Shown: positions 7,667 through 15,830 of the stretch, piece by piece
How positions within the stretch are numbered: position 1 is the first letter of the stretch
Layout: each line of letters opens with the position of its first letter
Source: Gemmatimonadota bacterium
GTDB lineage: Bacteria; Gemmatimonadota; Gemmatimonadetes; Palauibacterales; KS3-K002
Assembly: GCA_039589355.1 (NCBI GenBank)
Contig: JBDHHM010000014.1
Coordinates: forward strand, 1-34,610
Reading direction: 5' to 3'
DNA length: 34,610 nucleotides
Program-made: the position numbers and the translations under genes
The notes under the pieces: generated by a model
Told to the model about the DNA's origin: nothing
Database searches by the model: none
Seen by the model: the letters and a program-made list of their open reading frames with translations, nothing else

Positions 7667-8119
7667 ATGCGCTGGTTTCTTACACGCTATCTTCCGGAAT
7701 GGGGAACAATCCCGCTGCGCCTGGCGCTCGGGTTAATCTTCATGTCGCACGGCTGGGCGAAGCTGACCGGACCGTTGGGCACGCCTGAGGGCTTCAACAT
7801 CGAAAGCTGGGGCTGGTCGCACCCCGTCTTCTGGGCCTGGGTCGTGGCTCTGGTCGAGACGTTCGGTGGAATGCTAGTTATCGTCGGCCTGTTCACGCGG
7901 GTGGCCGCGTTCGCTATAGCCTGCGTGATGGTCGTGGCGATTCTCAAGGTGAAACTGGCTCAGGGACTCGTCGGTGGATTCGAGGTCGACTTCGCGCTGC
8001 TGATGATCGCGCTCGCGCTTGTGGTGACTGGCGCAGGCCGGCTCTCCGTGGATCGTGATGTGCTCGGTTGGGGTGCGCCGCCTAAACGCAGCCACGTCGG
8101 GGATACACCGTATGATTGA
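7667..8119 (+). CDS. DoxX family membrane protein
   Basis: LRLALGLIFMSHGWAKL and a four-TM layout typical of DoxX. Confidence 0.75.
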   Translation: MRWFLTRYLPEWGTIPLRLALGLIFMSHGWAKLTGPLGTPEGFNIESWGWSHPVFWAWVVALVETFGGMLVIVGLFTRVAAFAIACVMVVAILKVKLAQGLVGGFEVDFALLMIALALVVTGAGRLSVDRDVLGWGAPPKRSHVGDTPYD

Positions 8120-8753
8120 CATCACTCAACCGCTCGGCAGCAATACCGCGACCTGGCCGGGCGACACCTGCTTCGAGATCGACTGGACGTTGCATACCAG
8201 CCGAGGTGACAACGTAACGCTGTCACGAATCACCTTTAGCCCCCACGTGGGAACGCACGCCGATGCACCGGCGCACTACGAGATGGATGGGCCTCTCACG
8301 GGCGCCTTCGAGCTTGGCGCATTCCTCGGGCCCGTGCGCGTCGTCGATGCCCGTTGGGCTAAGTCGGTGGACCTCGGCCTGCTGGAATCACAGGATGCGC
8401 TGGGGGCCCCGCGCCTGCTCGTGCGCTCGGTTCCGGAATTGCGACTCGAGGAGTTCGCCAGCGATTTCGCGCCGCTGGCTCCAGATGCTGCAGACGCGCT
8501 CGTACGGTCGGGCCTCCGGCTCTACGGGACCGATGCGCCGTCTATAGATCCTGTGCAGAGCGCGTCGATGAGCGCTCACCGCGTGCTCGGCGCCGCGGGC
8601 ATTCCCATCATCGAGAATCTCGACCTCTCGCTCACCGAACCGGGTGATTACGACCTGGTCGCGTTGCCGCTGAGGATGATAGAAGCGGAGGCCGCGCCGG
8701 TCCGGGCAGTGCTTCTGCCGGCCGGCAGCCTGAGGTTGGGTCTTCCCGAATAA
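8112..8753 (+). CDS. kynB: Kynurenine formamidase (cyclase family)
   Basis: ATG 8112 overlaps the DoxX 3' end by 8 nt. Motifs: MIDITQPL...TWPGDT, SPHVGTHADAPAHY (HxGTHxDxPxH) and GDYDLVALPLRM...APVRAVL, closely resembling bacterial KynB. Confidence 0.8.
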   Translation: MIDITQPLGSNTATWPGDTCFEIDWTLHTSRGDNVTLSRITFSPHVGTHADAPAHYEMDGPLTGAFELGAFLGPVRVVDARWAKSVDLGLLESQDALGAPRLLVRSVPELRLEEFASDFAPLAPDAADALVRSGLRLYGTDAPSIDPVQSASMSAHRVLGAAGIPIIENLDLSLTEPGDYDLVALPLRMIEAEAAPVRAVLLPAGSLRLGLPE

Positions 8754-8756
8754 GCT

Positions 8757-9848
8757 CTAGTAGGGTGGCGCCAGACGCCGCAACCCGTGGGCTAGCACAA
8801 CGATCAGGAAGAATAAGTTCCGCGGAATCAGCCCGGGCCAGAAGTAACGGACGGGAGGGGCGACTTGTCCGTCCGGCCCACCCGCAGCGAGCCGGTCGGC
8901 GATCTTACGCATGACGTTCGTTCCTCTGGGCCAGTCGACGATCCCTTCCACCCAGTCGCGAGGTATGCCACCCTCGCCGAGGACGGCGCCGGCGAGCGCG
9001 CCGGCGATCGCTGCGGCAGTGTCGGTATCGCCACCGCAATTCAACGTGGCCGAGATGGTGCCCTCGAAGTCCCCGAAATGCCTGTACCACGCGTAGACGG
9101 CTACGGGGACGGTATGGTAGATGTAGCCGCCGACCCCGTTGCCCAGCCCGAGAGATGCGGCGAACTCGTCTACCGAGGGCCCTCGCTCGCCGGCGCGACG
9201 CAGATGCTCCAACGCCTCCTCCCACTCCCCGTCCTTGGCGCTAGCGGCGCCGCGCATGACATCAATTAGATCGTCGACGCCGGGACGCTCGCGCAGACGA
9301 TCCCTGATGGCCCAGGCGGCCAGGTAGGCCACCGCCTTCGCGCCGGTCAGCGCTTTTGGATCGGTGTGCGTGATGCGCGTGCAGGCGGCGACGTAATCGT
9401 CCAGGTGTTCCATTGAGCCGGCGAAAAACGCGCCGAGCGGGGCGGTACGCATCGCGGGTCCGTTCCCGGCCGAGTACACGCCGCTCCTTGCGGGTGGGTA
9501 ACCTGCCCAGAGCCGGAGTATCGAGCGCAGGGTGGCGAAGCCTACGCCTGCCGGCAGCGATAGAAGCCAGAGCCTGAGACACCATGCCAGTCTGCGCGCG
9601 AAGCGGTCCGCCGAGCGCGGGTGCGCCAGAAGGCACTGGGCGACGAGGACTGTATGGTCGGTGTCATCGCTCACCATGCCGTGCTTGGGTAGGAGCCGGT
9701 GCCGCCAGCGGCCTCGGAACATCTTCCGGGCGCGCCGCCTCGAGATACCTTCGGCCGGCAGGCCGAGCGCGTCGCCTACGGCGGTGCCGATCAGCAGCCC
9801 GCGGAACCGTTCGCGAGTATTCGGAGCGTCACTCATATGCTTGAACAT
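8757..9848 (-). CDS. ADP-ribosylglycohydrolase family protein with hydrophobic C-terminal tail
   Basis: GLLIGTAVGDALGLPAEG and NCGGDTDTAAAIAGALAGA motifs. C-terminal LFFLIVVLAHGL segment. ATG 9836 is an alternative start. Confidence 0.8.
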   Translation of the reverse strand: MFKHMSDAPNTRERFRGLLIGTAVGDALGLPAEGISRRRARKMFRGRWRHRLLPKHGMVSDDTDHTVLVAQCLLAHPRSADRFARRLAWCLRLWLLSLPAGVGFATLRSILRLWAGYPPARSGVYSAGNGPAMRTAPLGAFFAGSMEHLDDYVAACTRITHTDPKALTGAKAVAYLAAWAIRDRLRERPGVDDLIDVMRGAASAKDGEWEEALEHLRRAGERGPSVDEFAASLGLGNGVGGYIYHTVPVAVYAWYRHFGDFEGTISATLNCGGDTDTAAAIAGALAGAVLGEGGIPRDWVEGIVDWPRGTNVMRKIADRLAAGGPDGQVAPPVRYFWPGLIPRNLFFLIVVLAHGLRRLAPPY

Positions 9849-9947
9849 TGTTGTTCGACTTGCCGGGGCGACGCCTTCTCAGGTAATCTCGGAAGCAGTC
9901 CCGGCCACGGGTGCCAGTCACTGAAGGAGAACCGGGAGGAGCCTGAC

Positions 9948-10277
9948 GTGTCACCGGAAAAGCCGCTGGTCATGGTCGCGGAGTACACGTTCCCGCGCTG
10001 GAAGGCCGTCGTGTACGGCGTACTCGTCGGCCTGCTGATCGGGTACGGAAACACCTTCCTGGAGGTCGACTTCACGTTACGAGCCGACCTGCTGGTCGCG
10101 TTGGTGATAGTCGCCATCGTGATCGTCGTGGTGGTGCATGAGGGCCTGCACGGCGGGGCGGGTCTGCTGCTCAGGATACGAAGTCCGGTGTCCAGGTGTG
10201 GAGACCGGAACCCGTGTGAGAGGCCTCGCGTTCGCACGGAGCGGAAGGACCGTCACCTCACTTGTACCCGCGTATGA
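9948..10277 (+). CDS. Small membrane protein with HExxH motif (DUF3267-like), possibly 3'-truncated
   Basis: GTG 9948 has GGGAGGAG 7 nt upstream. Two hydrophobic segments end in VVVVHEGLHGG, followed by a basic non-hydrophobic tail. The 3' end overlaps the convergent HD gene by 20 nt. Confidence 0.4.
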   Translation: MSPEKPLVMVAEYTFPRWKAVVYGVLVGLLIGYGNTFLEVDFTLRADLLVALVIVAIVIVVVVHEGLHGGAGLLLRIRSPVSRCGDRNPCERPRVRTERKDRHLTCTRV

Positions 10278-11169
10278 AATACTGGGAATCCGGCGTGCCG
10301 GGGAGTTCCCGGACCTCGCTGAGGTCATGGCTCACGGCGAACAGCTCGTACCGCGCCGGCCTGGTCGGCTGGCCGGGTATCTGAAAGAATACGGCGACGA
10401 CGGTTCTGTCATCCTCAGTCGCCCGATGCGACCTGATGCCTGTCCAAACCTTCCACTCGGGTCGGCGAGCGGCCAAATAGTCTCGTGCCGCTCGGCAGGC
10501 GGCCGTCGTCCCGACCAGGCGGCGGAGCCAGTTCCACGTCACGGTAGTCCCCTTTGATCTGGTAGCGAGGGTGGCCTCCGGGAGAAGCTCGAGCCAGTCC
10601 TCTGTGACCCGTGACTCGACTTTCCCGGCCAATTGCCCAAGAAACCAGCGGACGGGCCTTCGGCTCTTTCCCGCGGCCGAGCCGTCGATCACGAGGAAGG
10701 TCAGGAACAGATCCCAGTCACGCACGTTTTCGATGAGCGCGGCGAGCCGATCTTCGCTGAAGCGGCCCCGGGTGTGAAACTGCTGCCAGAGAGCGAATGG
10801 CTCATCGTGGTACTGTACAACGGCCAGTAGGGTGGGATCATTGCAGTAGTCAGAGAGGAACTCGCGTGCTAGCGACGCGTGGCTTCGTGCGTGAGCGATG
10901 GGAACGTTCGGCTCGGCAAGGCCCTTGAATGTGTCATGCGTGTGCATGATGATCATGAGCTTCCAGTAGTCCCCATCACGCAGTTCGGCTCGAACCAGAC
11001 CGAGGCTCCGTTCGAGCTCGTCTATGTGGGCGCGAACGGTTCCCTCCGGATGGCCTGGCCGGGGCTCGCCCCAGTCTAGCCCCTTCCGGTACCTCGGGTC
11101 CCGCCTGATCGCCTGAAGTACGGCTTCATAGTCGGTAGCGGGTCCCGCCGCCGTGGTGGAACGGTCAAT
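10258..11169 (-). CDS. HD-domain-like phosphohydrolase with extra C-terminal domain; start codon unresolved
   Basis: Motifs GHPEGTVRAHIDEL, LMIIMHTHDTFKG and YHDEPF. There is no in-frame ATG/GTG/TTG between the upstream gene's stop (11172) and the first His motif. The upstream part of the 468-aa ORF overlaps a better-coding frame. Confidence 0.5.
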   Translation of the reverse strand: MDRSTTAAGPATDYEAVLQAIRRDPRYRKGLDWGEPRPGHPEGTVRAHIDELERSLGLVRAELRDGDYWKLMIIMHTHDTFKGLAEPNVPIAHARSHASLAREFLSDYCNDPTLLAVVQYHDEPFALWQQFHTRGRFSEDRLAALIENVRDWDLFLTFLVIDGSAAGKSRRPVRWFLGQLAGKVESRVTEDWLELLPEATLATRSKGTTVTWNWLRRLVGTTAACRAARDYLAARRPEWKVWTGIRSHRATEDDRTVVAVFFQIPGQPTRPARYELFAVSHDLSEVRELPGTPDSQYFIRGYK

Positions 11170-11171
11170 CT

Positions 11172-11570
11172 TCAGAAGACCCGCCGAAGTAGGATGACAT
11201 GGCCCGCGATTAGGATGAGAAAGAGGAGCATCTCGAGCACCGTAGGCATGCAGCCGAAATCGTAGAATCCGCCGTATTTGCGCTCTACGAGTCCGGAACA
11301 TTGGGGGCACTTCTTGGGAATCGGGACCAGCGCGTCGCGCAGCCAGACCAGAAAACCCTGGAGGAGGACGATTAGAACGAGCTCGGCGAGAGGGACGACC
11401 ACCCAGTACCACCAGCGAAGGCCGAGTGCATCCGACAACGCTGGAACCATGAAAGCGGTTGCCGCAGCGGCCAGCCCGATCCAAAAGAGAATGGACGTTG
11501 GGGTTTGCCGCGCGGACTCGTAGCCGCACTGTGTGCAGCCGAACCCCACCACTTGGCCTGAGAAGAACAT
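11172..11570 (-). CDS. Membrane protein with split zinc-ribbon (CTQC ... CPQC)
   Basis: GAGGAGG lies upstream of ATG 11570. Third codon positions are strongly G/C-biased in this frame. Three hydrophobic segments and two CxxC pairs. Confidence 0.6.
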   Translation of the reverse strand: MFFSGQVVGFGCTQCGYESARQTPTSILFWIGLAAAATAFMVPALSDALGLRWWYWVVVPLAELVLIVLLQGFLVWLRDALVPIPKKCPQCSGLVERKYGGFYDFGCMPTVLEMLLFLILIAGHVILLRRVF

Positions 11571-11611
11571 CCCTGTTGTACCTCCTCGGATCGCTCTGCT
11601 GGCGCTGCCGC

Positions 11612-12280
11612 CTACTCGAGTAGCCTCTGCCTAGCGGTCTCGAGCGCCTCGCCGAAGGCGACATTCAGCTCCACGGTCCGATATCCTTCGGCGATGCACT
11701 CGAACATGTCGTCGTGGAACGCCAGCAGGTAGTGCTCGTACTGGTTCCAGCGGTACGGATCGTAGTTATCGTGAACGCCATTGATAGTTCTCTGTAGGGC
11801 GATCCAGCGGGAGTTCTGCACGAGGTAGGCGCCGTAGCCGCCGAAACCCCGACCGGTCAGCGGGTGTCCTCCGAACACCTCGTCGTTGGGTCCACCGAAT
11901 CGGTGGGCGTAACAGCGCTCGAACTCGACCAGCGCGATTCGCGAACGGCTGTCACTGCGTGGATCGGCGACCGTCACGTACGTGCCGTCCCAAGCCGGAT
12001 CTGGGTCCGCTATGTAGTACAGCAGGAGCGTCCGATGGCCGGAAGAGAGGACATGAGGCGATGGTGCCCCTACGTCCCAGGGCAACGGCCAATCGGATTC
12101 GATCGCGGCCTCTTCCCCGGTGGCGAGCGCCAGTGCACGCTCCGCGCTCAGGCAAGCTTCGCGTGCAAGAGAGTACTCATCCAGGCCGCCGCTCGCACTC
12201 TCGCCGGTCATAGCCCGTAGCGCTCTGTCGAGACGTTCCCTGGCCGACCGCAGTCTGCGCTCGAGTTCCTCCACGTCCAT
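11612..12280 (-). CDS. Hypothetical protein (N-terminal coiled-coil-like region plus uncharacterised globular domain)
   Basis: 222-aa ORF with AGGGG upstream. No recognisable catalytic motif. Distinctive segments are YLVQNSRWI and HYLLAFHDDMFECIAEGY. Confidence 0.6.
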   Translation of the reverse strand: MDVEELERRLRSARERLDRALRAMTGESASGGLDEYSLAREACLSAERALALATGEEAAIESDWPLPWDVGAPSPHVLSSGHRTLLLYYIADPDPAWDGTYVTVADPRSDSRSRIALVEFERCYAHRFGGPNDEVFGGHPLTGRGFGGYGAYLVQNSRWIALQRTINGVHDNYDPYRWNQYEHYLLAFHDDMFECIAEGYRTVELNVAFGEALETARQRLLE

Positions 12281-12313
12281 CGGTACCCCTACGGGTTGGG
12301 CACGGGAGCCGAT

Positions 12314-13726
12314 TCAGTGAGTGGTTTGAGCGCCGCCCCAGACCGTGAACAGTATCTGGAACGCGACCGGGCCACCTGTCACGCTCGGACTGGGCAACTG
12401 ACACAACTCGTCGCGCAGTTTCTGGAGCGTGTCGTCGGAGATGCCGGGTCGTGAGGCCATCGTCACGCTGGCGCTCCAGGCACCCGGTTCGATCTCGAGC
12501 TGTAGCATCAGCTCCTGTCCGGCGCCCGGCGGCTGTGTGCCGAAATAGCTCACGACGGTGTTCTTGATCACGTCGACGTAGGTCGCCAGCTCATCCACTC
12601 TCAGCCGCCGCGCGATCTCGTGCTCGGGTGTGAGCAGTACAATGCGCTTAACGTCGGTGGGCCCGACCTCCGTCTCGGGACCGCCTTCGGGCTCGTGGGC
12701 GCGCCAGCCTCCCTCGGCACGGTAGGTCAGGCCGTCCACCGGGTTCGAGTAGTCGCAGGCCAGCCACTCGAGGGCGAAGCCGAACCCACTGTTGCTGGGT
12801 CGCACTTCGACGGGGCTCTTGCTCGTGAGTCCGTTCTTGATGGCCTGCCACGACAGATCTCGTAGCGACATCATGAGCCCGTCTTCGACGATCAGGCCTT
12901 CGTCCTCGTTCTGGCCGGGCGCGAGTGCCAGGAAGCAACCGCTCAAGCGTGATCCTGCAGCGTTGGGCGCCGTGATCGCCTTCGCGTCTGTCTGTCCCGG
13001 CTTCCACACGAAGCAACCGTCGGCGGTGGGCTCGAGCTCGGTTAGCAGAACAGGTGGCGAGCTGGCGGGGAACTCGGCGAGCTGCTTCAGCAAACGCGCT
13101 CCGCTTTCTTCGGTCAGGCGGAACACGATCCGATCGCGTTCGAGACAGGCCGTCATCCCGGGCGCGTGGATGCGGGTCAACTGTGCGACGATGCTGTCTT
13201 CCAGTAGTCGGGCCATCGGCAGGCCGGGTCGTGCGCGATCGGCCCACGGCGGCCAGGGGTAGTGCGAGTAGGCCTGGCCCAGGCGACCGAGTACCCTCGT
13301 AATGCCGAAGGCCATGGCGGCCTCGATCTCTTCATCCCGGAGAAGGATGGCGGCGAGTCCGTCGGGGAATTCGACGCCCTCGAGGTACTCTCGGGTCGAG
13401 GTGTAAACGATGCCGCGGTGGCCCAGGAGCCCGGTGCCGCCGAGCTCGGTAATGTCGCCCGAGTCTGCCAATCTCCCGGCCTTGGCGAGCCGGAGCACTT
13501 CCACGAAAAGCCGTAGCGGCTCCTTGGGAAAATCGGCCGGCCCCTCCCCCGGATCGACTCGGACTGTCAGCAGGAGCTCGCGCTGGCCGTGCGCCGACAG
13601 GCCGTCGCTGGTATAGGACCAGCAAGGTATCGATGCGACCTGGTGCAGCCAGACGCGCGCCGACAGCTCGCCTGGGATCAGATCGAAGTGGAGGGGGAAG
13701 TCGCCGGGATCCGGGTTGGCAGGCAT
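12314..13726 (-). CDS. Hypothetical protein with SUFU-like (suppressor-of-fused family) N-terminal domain
   Basis: ATG 13726 has GAGGAG upstream and is preferred over GTG 13768. The N-terminal part (CWSYTSDGLSAHGQRELLLTV ... YPWPPWADRAR) resembles bacterial SUFU-domain proteins. The C-terminal region of about 280 aa was not recognised. Confidence 0.55.
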   Translation of the reverse strand: MPANPDPGDFPLHFDLIPGELSARVWLHQVASIPCWSYTSDGLSAHGQRELLLTVRVDPGEGPADFPKEPLRLFVEVLRLAKAGRLADSGDITELGGTGLLGHRGIVYTSTREYLEGVEFPDGLAAILLRDEEIEAAMAFGITRVLGRLGQAYSHYPWPPWADRARPGLPMARLLEDSIVAQLTRIHAPGMTACLERDRIVFRLTEESGARLLKQLAEFPASSPPVLLTELEPTADGCFVWKPGQTDAKAITAPNAAGSRLSGCFLALAPGQNEDEGLIVEDGLMMSLRDLSWQAIKNGLTSKSPVEVRPSNSGFGFALEWLACDYSNPVDGLTYRAEGGWRAHEPEGGPETEVGPTDVKRIVLLTPEHEIARRLRVDELATYVDVIKNTVVSYFGTQPPGAGQELMLQLEIEPGAWSASVTMASRPGISDDTLQKLRDELCQLPSPSVTGGPVAFQILFTVWGGAQTTH

Positions 13727-13877
13727 CCCTGGCTCCTCGTTCGTATAGTGGGCAGTTTCGGCTGGCACCCATCAGGCAAGCGGAGGTGCCCGGGGAGGGG
13801 TAGAATGTGGTACTACTCGGACCGGGGAATGGTTCCGGGCGGCGCCCGTCGTCGCCCGCTGCAGCGAGGAGTGACAG

Positions 13878-14522
13878 ATGCCGCAGGACAGATCCGGCCA
13901 GGGCGAGCGCCGCTTGATACGCACGGCCGACATTTCGGGCAAGGAGCGCTACCAGCTTCTCACGTCGCTCGTCGTACCCAGGCCGATCGGCTGGCTCTCG
14001 ACCTTTGCGAAGGATGGGACGGCGAACCTGGCGCCGTTCAGCTACTTCGCAGCGCTGGCCGACACGCCGATGCTCGTCGGCGTCTCCATCGGCTGGCGCG
14101 CCGGCGAACCGAAGGACACGCTCCGCAATATCCTGGACACGCGGGCCTTCTGCATCAACGTGGTCACCGAGCCGCAGCTGGAAGCGATGAACGCCACTTC
14201 AGGGGACTATCCGCGCGGGGTAGATGAGTTCAAGGTGGCTGGCCTGCCCATGGCGAACGGGTCGCTGGTTCGAGCGCCCTATGTCGAAAACTGCCCCGCC
14301 GTGATGGAATGCCGGCTCTACAAAGAGGTCGCGCTGGGGACGGCATCGAACAACCTTTTGTTGGGAGAGGTTCTGGCGGTGCGGCTCGGGTCTGAGCTAC
14401 GACTGGTTCCCGGTACCCAGCACGTCGAGACGGAATCGCTGAAGCCGGTCGGCCGCCTGTTCGCCAGCGGCTACACGCTGCTCGGCAAGATCAAGACGGT
14501 GCCGCGCCCCCAGGTGGGCTGA
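13878..14522 (+). CDS. Flavin reductase family protein (FMN-binding split barrel)
   Basis: AGGAG lies 7 nt upstream. Family motif LLTSLVVPRPIGWLSTFAKDGTANLAPFSYF. Confidence 0.8.
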   Translation: MPQDRSGQGERRLIRTADISGKERYQLLTSLVVPRPIGWLSTFAKDGTANLAPFSYFAALADTPMLVGVSIGWRAGEPKDTLRNILDTRAFCINVVTEPQLEAMNATSGDYPRGVDEFKVAGLPMANGSLVRAPYVENCPAVMECRLYKEVALGTASNNLLLGEVLAVRLGSELRLVPGTQHVETESLKPVGRLFASGYTLLGKIKTVPRPQVG

Positions 14523-14567
14523 AATGTCGACCCGGATCCTGCATCCCATGCCTGAAAAGACATGATA

Positions 14568-14842
14568 GCCCGGCCTCCGGGGGTTGGGCGTCGGGGCGGT
14601 CGTCTCGCTCCGGCCTCCCCCGCGCTCACGGCTGCGCCGTGATCGCGGGCTCGCTAACACCAGCTCCGCTCGACGACCCGCCCCGACGCCTGTAACCGGT
14701 GGGTGAGCACCAACCGCTGCTCACCACTACTGTCCCCCTGGTCGCGTATTCGCGGGGGATGCTTCTGGTCCCCGCCTCGATCCGGGCCGGGAGGAAAGCC
14801 GGGGGACCGACGAGCGAAGTTGGTTTTAGCGACCCGGCTCCG
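14568..14842 (+). repeat. Structured intergenic repeat, copy B (about 275 bp; inverted relative to copies A and C on the window strand)
   Basis: The reverse complement carries the same identical blocks as copies A and C. It starts 45 nt after the flavin reductase stop codon, in the same relative orientation as A to pfkA and C to the 1141-aa gene. Confidence 0.9.
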
Positions 14843-15122
14843 CCCTCGCCGCTCGAGGCGCAGGAGATCGTGGCGAGGGTGGCCAACGCGACGAGTAGCG
14901 ACTGAGAGGTTCTCATTTCCATACCTCAACGGTTTCGGCGCGTGAGCGGCGAGGTGTTGCACATTGGGTGGCGAACCCGGCGGTAGGGTTGGGTGGTTAC
15001 TAGGAAACAGGGCGCCATCCGGAGCACAGCCTCGCTGACGATAGGCGAAACGTGAGCGAAGTGGCCGGGGCTGCCCGCACGCACTGGCAAGGGGCCCTGG
15101 GGGCGAGCATTCTTATGAGCCA

Positions 15123-15830
15123 ATGCAAAGAGTAGTAGTACCAGAGCTGGTTGACCAGCGGTCGCCTGATCCGGCTCTTCTGCGTGAGAGCCTGGACGAT
15201 CTGGCATGGATGAATCGCTACCTGGGTGTGACTGCCGGCGTCGTACGCCGGCTCGAGCGGCTGTTGGAGGGCCGCTCGCTCGAGCGGCTCCGCGTGCTGG
15301 ACGTCGGGGCCGGTGGCGCCGACATCCTGGCGGCGCTTGGCCGCTGCTGGGCGCGGCGCGGTGGGCGCTTCGAGGGTGCGGCGCTCGACTTCAGCCGCAT
15401 GACGTCCCGCATCGCCGCGGCGCAGCTCACACAGGGCGATGGGGACGGCCGCATTCGCGCGGTCTGCGGCGATGCCAGAGCGCTGCCGTTCCCGGACGCC
15501 TGTTTTCACGTGACGATTTGCAGCACGTTTCTCCACCATCTCGATGAAGGCGACGCGTTGCGCGCCTTGCGCGAGATGGCGCGGGTCAGCGCACTGGGAA
15601 TGGTTGTCACCGACCTGCGCCGCGGTCGGCCGGGCTTGTTGGCGGCCCGGACGCTGGCGAACACCGTGTGGCGGCGTCATCGCTACACACGGCACGACGC
15701 CACTGCCTCTATGCGCGCCGCCTATTCGATGGTCGAGGTGCAGGAGCTGGCGATGAGAGCCGGGCTGTCGGTGATTGTCGAGCCGCAGCGCTGGTTCCGC
15801 TGGGCACTCTGCTGGAGGCGACCGGGGTGA
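15123..15830 (+). CDS. Class I SAM-dependent methyltransferase
   Basis: Motif I VLDVGAGGADIL, and a post-I acidic residue. Confidence 0.8.
   Translation: MQRVVVPELVDQRSPDPALLRESLDDLAWMNRYLGVTAGVVRRLERLLEGRSLERLRVLDVGAGGADILAALGRCWARRGGRFEGAALDFSRMTSRIAAAQLTQGDGDGRIRAVCGDARALPFPDACFHVTICSTFLHHLDEGDALRALREMARVSALGMVVTDLRRGRPGLLAARTLANTVWRRHRYTRHDATASMRAAYSMVEVQELAMRAGLSVIVEPQRWFRWALCWRRPG

Noticed and set aside
10258-11664. Full-length 468-aa ORF as the HD gene
   Set aside because: Its first ~165 codons are Arg/Ser/Pro-rich. They overlap the better-coding 132-aa Zn-ribbon membrane ORF (strong third-position G/C bias, Shine-Dalgarno) and the 3' end of the 222-aa gene. Only the part downstream of 11172 carries domain motifs.
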